A DNA stretch of 64,000 nucleotides from Minisyncoccia bacterium (GCA_049305795.1 JBAQPM010000007.1:731-64730), one strand, 5' to 3'; shown: positions 29,226-38,381, counted from the first letter of the stretch. Translations and numbers: made by a program. Notes: a model not told the origin generated them from the letters alone.

Positions 29226-30239
29226 TTATTTTTTCGAAATGATGCTCTTTCGGTATACGTCCAAATGTTTGAGGGCGACACCGGTGCCGCGCGCAACACA
29301 AAAATACGCGTCCTGCGCGAGTTTTGCAGAAACGCCTGTGCGACGAAGCACAAGCTCGGGCATATTGCGCAACTGCGAAGAACCGCCCGTAAGAATAATG
29401 CCATTGTCGATGATGTCGGAAGCAAGTTCCGGAGGCGTCTCCTGAAGAACCTTACGCACGGCCTGTATCATTTCGCGAAGCTCTCTATTCATCGCCTGGA
29501 CGATTTCATTTGTTTTCACATCCACTGTGCGCGGAAGACCCGAAACCAAATCGCGTCCCTTTACTGAAAACGTCAATTCTTCAGAAACAGGGACTGCCGA
29601 CCCAACTTTAATTTTCACCTCTTCCGCCATCTTGTCTCCGATAGCGAGGTTGTACTGTTTTTTGAGGTGATCCGTAACCGCGCTATCAAGTCGGTTACCC
29701 GCACATTTGACCGAAGCGGCAGCAACAATGCCGCCAAGAGAAATCACTGCAACATCAGTCGTGCCGCCGCCAATATCAACCACCATGCGACCCATCGGTT
29801 CATGAATAGGAATGCCGGCCCCAATCGCCGCAAGAATGGGTTCTTTCACTACATATGCATCTTTTGCGCCTGCCTTAATTGCCGCTTCAATAACGGCGCG
29901 TTTTTCTGTCGACGTGACGCCCGCAGGAACTGATATCAAAACCGTGGGGCGAAAAGGATTCCATTTACCAAGTGCCTTCTTCATAAAATAGCGAAGCATT
30001 GCTTCGGTGACGCGATAGTCCGCGATAACACCGTCTTTCATTGGTCGATACGCAATGATTGAATCCGGCGTGCGTCCAAGCATCTTTTTTGCTTCAACTC
30101 CGATAGCAACCACCTTGTTCCTTTCCGTTGAGACAGCAACGACAGAAGGTTCATTGAGCACTATGCCCTTGCCAGGAAGGAATACGAGAACATTTGTTGT
30201 GCCCAAATCAATACCAAGCTTCGGAGAGAAAAATGCCAT
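29226..30239 (-). CDS. Second MreB-family actin homolog (Mbl/MreB paralog)
   Basis: LGIDLGTTNVLVF and VDIGGGTTDVAV; aligns across its whole length with the mreB at 19602..20654. Confidence 0.8.
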   Translation of the reverse strand: MAFFSPKLGIDLGTTNVLVFLPGKGIVLNEPSVVAVSTERNKVVAIGVEAKKMLGRTPDSIIAYRPMKDGVIADYRVTEAMLRYFMKKALGKWNPFRPTVLISVPAGVTSTEKRAVIEAAIKAGAKDAYVVKEPILAAIGAGIPIHEPMGRMVVDIGGGTTDVAVISLGGIVAAASVKCAGNRLDSAVTDHLKKQYNLAIGDKMAEEVKIKVGSAVPVSEELTFSVKGRDLVSGLPRTVDVKTNEIVQAMNRELREMIQAVRKVLQETPPELASDIIDNGIILTGGSSQLRNMPELVLRRTGVSAKLAQDAYFCVARGTGVALKHLDVYRKSIISKK

Positions 30240-30348
30240 GTGCGCTCATGATAACTCAAGCGGCATAGAAAGCGCAAAAATGCGATATATGGGAATGAGG
30301 CGAGTACTTTCGCACCAAGTGAATCTCGGTGTTAGAATGCTCTCACGT

Positions 30349-31665
30349 ATGGCAGATGAGACCCTAAATTTCGTTGTCGAGGGCGGAAAACCACTCGGCG
30401 GAACCGTAGTGACCAGCCGCTCAAAAAACGGCGCCGTCGCACTTATGGCAGCCTCCCTCCTTAACCGCGGCACGACGACTCTCAAGCACATGCCGAAAAT
30501 CGAAGAAGTAAATCGACTGGCAGAAGTTCTTCGTTCAATCGGAGTCGAGGTAAATTGGAGTGGGAATGATCTCCTCATTACCCCACCGGAAAAACTCGAC
30601 CTCGAATTGATAGACAAAGAAGCTGCGATGAAAACCCGCAGTATCCTTATGTTCATCGGTCCACTGCTCCACTGGCTTACCGAATTTAAAATTCCACAAT
30701 CAGGCGGGTGTTCATTTGGCACTCGTACCGTCCGACCGCATCTGTATGCTCTTGAAAAATTGGGTGTGTCCATAGAAGCACTTTCGGACCATTTCGAAGT
30801 AACCCACCAGGGACTGCATGCGGGGGAAATTATTTTGCACGAATCAAGCGATACGGCCACCGAAAACGCGCTCTTTGCCGCCGCACTCATTCCAGACACT
30901 ACGGTCATAAAGTACGCCTCCCCAAACTATCAAGTTCAGGAGGTTTGCGGATTTCTCGAAGCTCTTGGAGTGACCATTGAAGGCGTCGGCACGACGACTC
31001 TTAAAATCACCGGACTCGCCCAAGCGCCGCATAAAGATATTGCCTACAGTGTTGCGCAAGACCCGACCGATGCAATGTTTTTCATCGCTGCTGCCATAGT
31101 TACTCACTCAAAACTCACCATCGTGGGTGCGCCTATAGAATTTCTCGAAATCGAGCTTTTCATCCTTGAAAAAATGGGGCTCGATTATTCGATGAGCAAT
31201 CCTCGCGTTTCTGAAAACGGGATTACGAAGCTCGTTGATCTTCACCTTGAACCATCTGAATTGACTGCATTTCCGGAAAAAATCCACCCGCGGCCTTATC
31301 CGGGACTTAACATCGACAACCTTCCATTCTTTGCCGTTATCGCAACACAAGCAAAAGGAACGACCGTCATTCACGACTGGGTGTTTGAAAAACGTGCCAT
31401 TTATTACACCGAGCTTGATCGTTTGGGTGCAGAGACCGTTTTATTTGATCCGCACCGTATTCAGATCATCGGTCCGCGCCGCTTGCGCGGCGCGGAACTT
31501 GTGTGCCCTCCCGCCCTTCGCCCCGCAACCATCCTTCTTATTGGCACTCTTGCCGCAGAAGGCCGCTCTGTCTTGCGAAACGTTTACAGCATCAACCGCG
31601 GCTACGAAGACCTCGTCGCCCGCCTCTCCGCACTTGGCGCAAACATAACCAGCAACGGCTCATGA
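30349..31665 (+). CDS. murA: UDP-N-acetylglucosamine 1-carboxyvinyltransferase
   Basis: EPT fold; N-terminus FVVEGGKPLGGTVVTSRSKNGAVALMAASLL; catalytic Cys region. The ORF-track start at 30055 overlaps the upstream mreB paralog; in-frame Mets at 30280-30349 are the likely starts. Confidence 0.8.
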   Translation: MADETLNFVVEGGKPLGGTVVTSRSKNGAVALMAASLLNRGTTTLKHMPKIEEVNRLAEVLRSIGVEVNWSGNDLLITPPEKLDLELIDKEAAMKTRSILMFIGPLLHWLTEFKIPQSGGCSFGTRTVRPHLYALEKLGVSIEALSDHFEVTHQGLHAGEIILHESSDTATENALFAAALIPDTTVIKYASPNYQVQEVCGFLEALGVTIEGVGTTTLKITGLAQAPHKDIAYSVAQDPTDAMFFIAAAIVTHSKLTIVGAPIEFLEIELFILEKMGLDYSMSNPRVSENGITKLVDLHLEPSELTAFPEKIHPRPYPGLNIDNLPFFAVIATQAKGTTVIHDWVFEKRAIYYTELDRLGAETVLFDPHRIQIIGPRRLRGAELVCPPALRPATILLIGTLAAEGRSVLRNVYSINRGYEDLVARLSALGANITSNGS

Positions 31666-32456
31666 ATCTTCCTTCGGCAACTCAAATAAAAGAACACTTG
31701 AAACATCACTTCCTTTTCTGGGGAGTAATATTCCTTGTCATCGTTCTTGCCACGTTTTATTTTTTTGGCTACCGCCCGGGGCCAGGGCTTACTTTTTCAC
31801 GAATCGGTTTCGTTGAGATACTCAACATTCCAGACGGTACTACCGTATACACCGATGCCTCTTCGCGAGGATTTGCTACAGGCGGAAGTCTTCGCGCAAA
31901 TCTTGTGCCTGGCAATCACACCGTAATTGTGGATGCCCCAAACATGCAGCCTTGGCAAACTATTATTTCCGTGACATCAAATCAGACCACTGCTGTGGTC
32001 CCCGTGCTTGTGACAAAACAACCAGAAAGCCGCCAACTCACGGGAAATGAACGCACCGAGGCTCTTATGCTTCTCAATGTTGCGAAGCTCCCTTCCGAAG
32101 CATCGCCGCTTTCCATGGGATGCACACAGGTGTTTAATCTCGGGAATCGTATCATTGCAGCCGCTACAACTTCTACCGAGTGCACACCGCCCGAATTCCT
32201 CTGTAGTGAAGACGGCACCTGCGAACCCACCGTTATTTTCTCTCCCATAGAACCCCTCCGGTCAGTAGTTGCCTTTCCAGGACACGATGACGTCATTGTG
32301 ATGACCGTTGGAGAATGGATTTATGTACTCGGACTTGACCCAAGAACGCCACAATTTTTCGCTCCTCTTGCGCGTGGCACTGCTCCCAAACTTGCAACCT
32401 ATAAAGGAAAAATAATTGTCGGGGACGCGGGAAACGTGTACGAATTATCGCTGTAG
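31662..32456 (+). CDS. Membrane-anchored hypothetical protein (translationally coupled to murA)
   Basis: The ATG overlaps the murA TGA (ATGA); N-terminal TM helix; Cys-containing beta-rich ectodomain. Confidence 0.5.
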   Translation: MNLPSATQIKEHLKHHFLFWGVIFLVIVLATFYFFGYRPGPGLTFSRIGFVEILNIPDGTTVYTDASSRGFATGGSLRANLVPGNHTVIVDAPNMQPWQTIISVTSNQTTAVVPVLVTKQPESRQLTGNERTEALMLLNVAKLPSEASPLSMGCTQVFNLGNRIIAAATTSTECTPPEFLCSEDGTCEPTVIFSPIEPLRSVVAFPGHDDVIVMTVGEWIYVLGLDPRTPQFFAPLARGTAPKLATYKGKIIVGDAGNVYELSL

Positions 32457-32580
32457 AAACCGCGCCGCAGTATTGAAAAAAGAGACTAAGACTTTTGGCC
32501 AAGCGGCCCGGAGCGGTCTCTTTTTTCAATACTGCGCGCCGGTTTTAAAACGAATTTTCGAAGAATGATACAGTGAACCC

Positions 32581-34392
32581 ATGTTTGTGATAGAAGTCAT
32601 TCCCCTTTCTCGCGGCATTCCCCCAGGCAGCCTTTCATACCGAAACCGGGAGAAACTCCCCCCTGGAACACTTGTTGACATACCGCTTCGTAAAAAACGT
32701 GTCCTCGGTCTCGTGACCTCCTCGGAACCTGTCATCGAAGCAAAAGCGACTCTCAAGAGGGCCGGATTTATGCTTCGCAGTAGCGAAGTGAAAAAGACCG
32801 GACGTATCCCAGGGAAACTCATGGAAGCTGCAAAAGAAATCGGAACCTACCACGCAACATCGATTGGGAGCGTTCTCGGAGCTTTGTTGGTAGAAACACT
32901 GCCTCAAGAATTTCCGACGCTCCACTCAGGCAACGGTTTTAAAAAACATCTGACAGAAGACACTTTTACAAAAAGAATTGCTCTGTACCGGAAAAATATT
33001 ATTGAATCGAATACAGCCGGAAAAGCAACACTGCTCATTGCCCCAACCATAGCGGAAGCAAAACGATTCGTAAAAATATTTGAGGAATGCAAACCCCTTC
33101 TTTTGACTGGAGAAATACGTGCAAATAAACGAGATGATATTCTTGCCGCTGCCGTCGTCTCAAAAACACTCCTCATCGCAACACCCTCCTTTGCGTGGCT
33201 TCCCGTTGAAAAACTTGGCGGGATTATTCTTGAGCGCATCAGTGCTGGGGGCTATCTGGCACCCCGCCGACCCTATCTTGATCTGCGGTATGCCGCAGAG
33301 CATCTGGCAAAGGCTCGCGATATTTCTTTTACCGTTGGGGATCTGCCGCTTCCCATTGGATATCGAAAGAAAAACGATGCGGTCCTTACCGCCGAATTTG
33401 AAAGTACGCTCAAAATAATTGATACCCGCTCGGAGCCTGATGAAAAAATTCCTTTTCAGGCAGTGCCCGCACGAGCGCTCGAAGAAATACGAGAAGTGAT
33501 TTCAAAAGGCGGCCGAGCCGTCATACTCACCGCACGTAAGGGATACGCGCCCGCCGTGATCTGCCGCGACTGTGGAAATATCGTGCGCGACGAATACGGC
33601 AGAACACTTTCGCTCGTGAAAGCTGGAGCAAAACCCATACTTCGCTCGGCTGGTGGCGAAACAAAAAAAGATGCTACGGCACTCTGTCAGACCTGTAATA
33701 GCTGGAACCTCATGGGTCTTGGCATAGGTATGGAACGCGTCGCCGAAGAAATACGAGCGGCCATTCCAGAAGCAACCATTGCGCTTTTCTCTGACGAGGA
33801 ACTACGCTCTTCTAAAGCACTTACCAAAGCACAAGAACAGGCCGCGGCACCCGGAACCATTTCAATAGGCACTGAATTCATGCTCTCGCACATAGCAATT
33901 GAAAGTCCTTTTGAAATCGCCGTCATTGCTTCTGCTGACAGTCTGCTTGCCCTTCCCTTTTGGCGATCGAGAGAACGCTTGGTGCGCATTGGACTTTCTC
34001 TTCGCGAACGCGCAATGCGTGTGCTTATAGCCACCAGGCAACCCGAAGACAGCGTCTTTGATGCTATTAGTCAGCCAGAAAAAGCAACATTCTTTGAAGA
34101 AGAATCTGAGCTCCGTAAAAATCTAGCCTATCCACCTTTCGGGCATCTCTTGGTATTCCACGCCGAAGGTAATCGCACTCGCGCTGATGAAGCCGCAGCG
34201 TGTGTTGAGAAAATTCTTGCACCCCACAAACCCATACGCCTTACCGACCGAGCCGTGGCGCCTTCGCGAGTGCGACTTTCAATGGTTTTAAAACTTTCGG
34301 AAAAAGAATGGCCGAATGTTGAACTCTCACAAAGACTTTCGCTCCTCCCTCCGTGGATTACGACCCATATTGACTCCGAATCGCTTTGGTAG
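32581..34392 (+). CDS. priA: Primosomal protein N' (PriA) homolog with degenerate helicase motifs
   Basis: N-terminal 3'-DNA-binding domain alignable to PriA; single CxxC...CxxC zinc ribbon (CRDCGN...CQTCNS); Walker A position reads TAGKAT and the motif II position reads ILERIS instead of DEEH. Confidence 0.65.
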   Translation: MFVIEVIPLSRGIPPGSLSYRNREKLPPGTLVDIPLRKKRVLGLVTSSEPVIEAKATLKRAGFMLRSSEVKKTGRIPGKLMEAAKEIGTYHATSIGSVLGALLVETLPQEFPTLHSGNGFKKHLTEDTFTKRIALYRKNIIESNTAGKATLLIAPTIAEAKRFVKIFEECKPLLLTGEIRANKRDDILAAAVVSKTLLIATPSFAWLPVEKLGGIILERISAGGYLAPRRPYLDLRYAAEHLAKARDISFTVGDLPLPIGYRKKNDAVLTAEFESTLKIIDTRSEPDEKIPFQAVPARALEEIREVISKGGRAVILTARKGYAPAVICRDCGNIVRDEYGRTLSLVKAGAKPILRSAGGETKKDATALCQTCNSWNLMGLGIGMERVAEEIRAAIPEATIALFSDEELRSSKALTKAQEQAAAPGTISIGTEFMLSHIAIESPFEIAVIASADSLLALPFWRSRERLVRIGLSLRERAMRVLIATRQPEDSVFDAISQPEKATFFEEESELRKNLAYPPFGHLLVFHAEGNRTRADEAAACVEKILAPHKPIRLTDRAVAPSRVRLSMVLKLSEKEWPNVELSQRLSLLPPWITTHIDSESLW

Positions 34393-34398
34393 TATAAT
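34393..34398 (+). promoter_or_regulatory. TATAAT hexamer (tagtataat) immediately after the priA stop
   Basis: Sequence match to the sigma70 -10 consensus; no clear -35. Confidence 0.3.
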
Positions 34399-34508
34399 AG
34401 AAAAGTCGTCGGTATGGCCCGCAGCCTCCCCGGTTGCGGCGAACCCTGCCCCCAGCCAGCCGTACCGACGACACCCCTGATCCTTCTACTTCTTTTTCTC
34501 TGCTTGCC

Positions 34509-34540
34509 GCGCCGGAAATTTGTCCGGCGCTTTTTGTTTC
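34509..34540 (+). terminator. Rho-independent terminator (gcgccgga-aatttg-tccggcgc plus TTTTTGTTT)
   Basis: Perfect 8-bp stem with a U-tract. Confidence 0.65.
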
Positions 34541-34578
34541 CCCTCAATAAAAGCCGCTCGTAATGCTATAGTCCTCGC

Positions 34579-35115
34579 ATGTCCATCGTAAAGATACTCC
34601 AAGACGGCGACCCTGTGCTTCGCCAAAAAACCGAACCTGTTCCAAAGGAGCTTTTTGGCACACCCAAACTCAAAAAGATGGTCGCCGATATGGCAGACAC
34701 CCTTGAAGTGGAAAAAGACGGGGTCGCTATCGCCGCCACGCAGATTGGCCTACCCTATCGCATTTTTCTCATACGCTACGATCGAATCACTCCACCACCA
34801 AAAGAAGGCGAACCGCCGCACAAGCCGGAATTGGGAGTGTTTATAAATCCAGAATACGTACGCCTTTCAAAGAAAGGCGCCGAAATGGACGAAGGGTGTC
34901 TTTCGGTGCGCCACGTGTATGGCAAAACCATACGCAAAGAGCGCGCAACCGTGCGCGCACAGGACGCCGATGGCAAAAAATTCGAACGTGGCGGAGGCAA
35001 AGTGCTCGCGCAAGCTTTCCAACACGAAATAGATCACCTCGAAGGAATCCTTTTTATAGATCATGCACATGATCTGCTGGAAATCCGAGCAAAAGACGAA
35101 TATGAGCCCGTATAA
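34579..35115 (+). CDS. def: Peptide deformylase
   Basis: Motifs EGCLSV and QHEIDHLEG. Confidence 0.9.
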   Translation: MSIVKILQDGDPVLRQKTEPVPKELFGTPKLKKMVADMADTLEVEKDGVAIAATQIGLPYRIFLIRYDRITPPPKEGEPPHKPELGVFINPEYVRLSKKGAEMDEGCLSVRHVYGKTIRKERATVRAQDADGKKFERGGGKVLAQAFQHEIDHLEGILFIDHAHDLLEIRAKDEYEPV

Positions 35116-35941
35116 ATTCATTTATTTTGGAACGCCTTATGTGGCAAGTGATACGCTCGCCATTCTCCTTGAGCGCGGGTTTACTCCCGCCCTTGTCGTA
35201 ACGTCGGGAGATGCACCGCGCGGACGCGGACTCACCCTTACTCCTTCGGAAACAAAAACGCTTGCACTTGAAAAAGGCATACCCGTGCTCACCCCAGAAA
35301 AACTTGATGCGTCCGTTATTGAACAGATTCATTCATACGGCGCCGATTTTGGCATTGTCGTTGCCTATGGAAAAATTCTTCCGCGAGCACTCATCGACTC
35401 ATTTCCTCTCGGCCTTTTAAATATTCACTATTCTCTTTTGCCAAAATACCGTGGCGCGTCCCCTGTTGAGGCAGCATTTCTGCATGACGAAAGTGTTACG
35501 GGCGTCACCATTCAAAAAATGGCATTTGAACTTGATGCCGGAGACATATTGACCAGCAAAGAAGTCACGATTGAACCCCAGGAAACTACTAAAGAGCTGC
35601 GCCGACGTTTGGTCGACGTTGGTGCAAATCTTCTCGCCGATATTCTTCCTATGTTCGCGAAAGGTGGAGCAACATTCACTCCGCAAGACCACGCACGTGC
35701 AACACACTCGGGAAAAATAAAAAAAGAAGAAGGCCTGCTTTCCCTTTCGGACGACCCACGGAAAAATTGGAACAAATACCGGGCCTATGCAGAATCACCA
35801 GGAACCTACTTTTTTGTACACAAAAACGGAAAGGACATGCGCGTGAAAATCACCAAAGCTTCCTGGAATGGAACATTCGTCGTCGAACGCGTCATACCCG
35901 AAGGAAAAAAGGAACAAGCCTATTCCGATTTTTCACGGTAA
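35102..35941 (+). CDS. fmt: Methionyl-tRNA formyltransferase
   Basis: N-terminal formyltransferase domain (FGTPYVA, HYSLLPKYRGASP); downstream of def with a 14-nt overlap. Confidence 0.85.
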   Translation: MSPYKFIYFGTPYVASDTLAILLERGFTPALVVTSGDAPRGRGLTLTPSETKTLALEKGIPVLTPEKLDASVIEQIHSYGADFGIVVAYGKILPRALIDSFPLGLLNIHYSLLPKYRGASPVEAAFLHDESVTGVTIQKMAFELDAGDILTSKEVTIEPQETTKELRRRLVDVGANLLADILPMFAKGGATFTPQDHARATHSGKIKKEEGLLSLSDDPRKNWNKYRAYAESPGTYFFVHKNGKDMRVKITKASWNGTFVVERVIPEGKKEQAYSDFSR

Positions 35942-36076
35942 TGTAAACCTAAGTGAAGGGATGTTCATCAAAGGGGCTCTCGGAGCGCGACGGCGCGAGA
36001 GTGAGCGAATTTTTCAGCAGAAAAATTACGTGTACCCTTTGAGGGACATGCCGAGCGCAGGGTTTTGGAATGTACC

Positions 36077-36439
36077 TTAACTTCGGAAGCCGCGAAGCAT
36101 TGATTTAATAGCTCCTCCCCCTCTTCGGAAAAGACGTTGCGCTCTCCCGCGATAGCTGCGTACCTTTCGAGAAAGTTCATCGCGCACTCGATCTACCGCA
36201 ATTTCAAGAGAGTCTCCTATTGCTTCAGAACGATATACCTGTCCGTTCATCGAGAGGGTGCCTTCTGCTCGATATTTTCCGCCCGCCCGCACGACGTCCA
36301 TAGATTCTGCAACTTCAAAAGCAAGAAGTGCCGTAGTGTTTCCGTTTGTAAACTTTCTAAGTGCATCAAGCTTTTCTTCAATGAGCGACCGATTTGCTTC
36401 GGTGAGACTGTGATTCGTGGCTTTGATGGTGATATTCAT
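36077..36439 (-). CDS. hpf: Ribosome hibernation promoting factor (HPF/RaiA family)
   Basis: MNITIKATNHSLTEANRSLIEEKLDAL matches the sigma-54 modulation / ribosome-associated inhibitor family; 120 aa. Confidence 0.8.
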   Translation of the reverse strand: MNITIKATNHSLTEANRSLIEEKLDALRKFTNGNTTALLAFEVAESMDVVRAGGKYRAEGTLSMNGQVYRSEAIGDSLEIAVDRVRDELSRKVRSYRGRAQRLFRRGGGAIKSMLRGFRS

Positions 36440-36448
36440 GGATAGTTT

Positions 36449-36727
36449 TTATATATCAATACGTACCATTTTGGAACGCGAGTGGTGGCCGGTAAGTATC
36501 AACACTTTCCCAACACTCACAGTATACCGCGCAGCAACAATCTCCCGAATGCGCTTATTCGCCCTGTTTCCCTCTGCGGGCTCCTTAACGGCAATAAGCA
36601 AAACATCCTCTCCTTTCTCTTCAACGCGCTCTTTGCGGGCGCCGGGCGAAGCAATAATTCGTAGGTACATCGGTATAGTAGCGTAGGTTCGTGTAGTAAG
36701 TATGAAGAACATTATGTAAAAAGCCAT
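36449..36727 (-). CDS. DUF167/YggU-like protein
   Basis: KEPAEGNRANKRIREIVAARYTVSVGKVLILTGHHSRSKMVRI resembles the YggU family core (KANxxL...G..SR.K). Confidence 0.6.
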   Translation of the reverse strand: MAFYIMFFILTTRTYATIPMYLRIIASPGARKERVEEKGEDVLLIAVKEPAEGNRANKRIREIVAARYTVSVGKVLILTGHHSRSKMVRIDI

Positions 36728-36793
36728 AGGAGGTTTGGATACACAGAAGGGCCGATATTGAGCGGCCCTTCTTAGTTAGTTGTCCTGGACATA

Positions 36794-37000
36794 TCATGCC
36801 TCTCCTGCGGGACGAAAGGCATTGAATATGCAGGTCATTGCACAGATGAGGAACGGACCATATCCCTTCCCACGCGCGGACTCTCCGATGAATATTACTC
36901 CGCAGCCTGCTTGAAACAGCTTTCCACATCCCGGACACGGATAGGTTGAGCGAAGCAGATCTTCGGGACCTTGTAGAGGAAAACAGTTCGTAACTTGCAT
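36794..37000 (-). CDS. Small Cys-rich protein (68 aa; CPGCG...C...C...C)
   Basis: Internal Met (MQVTNCF...) is preceded by AAAGAGGGAGAGAATC; the longer ORF-track start lacks an RBS. Confidence 0.3.
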   Translation of the reverse strand: MQVTNCFPLQGPEDLLRSTYPCPGCGKLFQAGCGVIFIGESARGKGYGPFLICAMTCIFNAFRPAGEA

Positions 37001-37232
37001 GATTCTCTCCCTCTTTTGGAAAGCATGTAGTAAATCGAAATCTGACAGAGAACTCGCAGCAGGAACTCGAACATGGTCGCCTCCTCCTGTCATTTCCTTC
37101 CCACCCCTAATGATACTCCTACATCTTCATACAAATCACACCCCTGTGCATATCGTTATTCCAAGACTTGGCGCCCTCCCCTATTTCCGCTACAATGCGA
37201 ACGCTCCCCTGTGGGAGCCGTTTTAGAGACAT

Positions 37233-37269
37233 TCCGCGGTAGCTCAGTGGTAGAGCGGCTCGCTGTAAA
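37233..37269 (+). pseudogene. 5' tRNA-like fragment (acceptor 5' strand, D-arm, partial anticodon arm; no 3' half)
   Basis: TCCGCGGTAGCTCAGTGGTAGAGCGGCTCGCTGTAAA mirrors the first 37 nt of a tRNA, but no complementary anticodon-stem or T-arm follows. Confidence 0.4.
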
Positions 37270-37294
37270 GGAATGTATGTTTTGTAAACTGTGC

Positions 37295-37366
37295 TCCGGT
37301 GTAGCTCAATGGTAGAGCAGCGCCCTGTTAAGGCGTTGGTTGTAGGTTCGAGTCCTACCGCCGGAG
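37295..37366 (+). tRNA. tRNA-Asn (anticodon GTT)
   Basis: Cloverleaf folded by hand: acceptor TCCGGTG/CGCCGGA (one G-U), D-arm GCTC/GAGC, anticodon stem GCGCC/GGCGT with loop CTGTTAA, T-arm GTAGG-TTCGAGT-CCTAC, discriminator G; resembles E. coli tRNA-Asn. Confidence 0.8.
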
Positions 37367-37462
37367 CACAGTTTAGAAATCCTTTTGTTGGTTGTGGGCT
37401 CCCTGTTTGTCCAAAAGCTTGCGATTGGAAACAAACAGCAGTTTTCGAGGCTTTGCGAGAAA

Positions 37463-37487
37463 CGAGTCCTACCGCCGGAGCACAGTT
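37463..37487 (+). repeat. 25-nt perfect direct repeat of the tRNA-Asn 3' end (CGAGTCCTACCGCCGGAGCACAGTT; other copy 37349-37373), att-site-like
   Basis: Exact repeat seen in the sequence about 90 nt downstream of the tRNA. Confidence 0.6.
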
Positions 37488-37632
37488 GGACGGACCGACA
37501 CGAAAGTGTCGGTTTCGTCTTTATCTGCCTCACTAAAGGCAGCATATTCGCTGACCAATTTTTGAGCATCTGGGTCTTGCCGTGCCATGCACAAATCTTA
37601 TCTCAGAAAGAGCAGATTGGATAAGCAAATAC

Positions 37633-37661
37633 TTGACATATACCTATATTAGTAGTACATT
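37633..37661 (+). promoter_or_regulatory. Sigma70-like promoter (TTGACA, 17 nt, TACATT)
   Basis: Consensus -35 hexamer, 17-nt spacer, 4/6 -10; upstream of CDS 37715. Confidence 0.4.
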
Positions 37662-37714
37662 AGTACTGTGCTGCAATTCTGCCGCACTTTCTCGTTCTTT
37701 TCTCGGAGAATACG

Positions 37715-38059
37715 ATGTCCAAGTGCTATGAGCGCAACAATGTTGTTGGCGGCCTGTTCAAGGTTCGCGGCGAAACTGTTGAAGGCGTTATCGATTGCGT
37801 CGGCCAGTGGAAGCACGGGAGCGACGGCAAGCGTTTTGAGCGTTTGTCTGTGCGCGGCTGCACGGGCAAGACCGAACGCGACTCAATGGTCGCAATCGAG
37901 TTCCTCTACGTCTTCGGCGAAGAGAACCTCGACGACAGCGAACAACTGCGGCTGCATAACGTGTTCTTCCACAAGTACACCGACCTGCTCCGCCGTAGCT
38001 TCGGCAACGGTCTTGCTGTCTGGGACATCAGCACGCCCGTCTACGAAATCGTGGACTGA
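37715..38059 (+). CDS. Hypothetical protein (114 aa), GC-rich orphan gene
   Basis: GGAG RBS 8 nt upstream; non-repetitive composition; own promoter-like elements and own terminator; GC visibly higher than its neighbours. Confidence 0.45.
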   Translation: MSKCYERNNVVGGLFKVRGETVEGVIDCVGQWKHGSDGKRFERLSVRGCTGKTERDSMVAIEFLYVFGEENLDDSEQLRLHNVFFHKYTDLLRRSFGNGLAVWDISTPVYEIVD

Positions 38060-38109
38060 CGAGCTGATCGACCTGGTCGCCTAGGCGACAAGGTAGGAGT
38101 TGCGTGCAG

Positions 38110-38147
38110 AGGGCGAGAACCAGCCAGTTCTCGCCCTTTCGCTTTTA
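38110..38147 (+). terminator. Rho-independent terminator (agggcgagaac-cagcca-gttctcgccct plus TTCGCTTTT)
   Basis: 11-bp perfect stem and a U-rich tail after CDS 37715..38059. Confidence 0.65.
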
Positions 38148-38381
38148 TACTGAGCACGTTCGAACCTCCTCCAACCAGTGGAGCAGAGTTGTAATTTCAG
38201 GTTCAGAATGCCTAAAGAGTCCACTTCAGCGACGTTTAGCCGTCGGGAACTCTGTATCGTCGAAGCGGTATGCTCGATGGTCTTTGTATAGTCGCGATAG
38301 TTGCTATTCTGGTATCGCTGACGGCATCGGGAGTGCAAATCTACTCAGCGTGGCCGAAGTGATAGACTTACGGGAGCTAAT

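Noticed and set aside
30055-30348. Long N-terminal extension of murA from the ORF-track start at 30055
   Set aside because: It would overlap the upstream mreB paralog by 185 nt on the opposite strand, and its translation is unrelated to MurA; the MurA-like sequence begins near 30337-30349.
36999-37226. ORF 36999..37226 (75 aa, plus strand) upstream of the tRNAs
   Set aside because: Pro/His-rich and not protein-like; the region contains a TACAAT box and a GCTCCC-ctgt-GGGAGC hairpin, and is more plausibly the tRNA leader or a regulatory spacer.
37233-37269. A second complete tRNA gene upstream of tRNA-Asn
   Set aside because: The acceptor 5' strand, D-arm and one side of the anticodon stem are present, but no complementary anticodon-stem strand, T-arm or acceptor 3' strand follows. 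It is a fragment.
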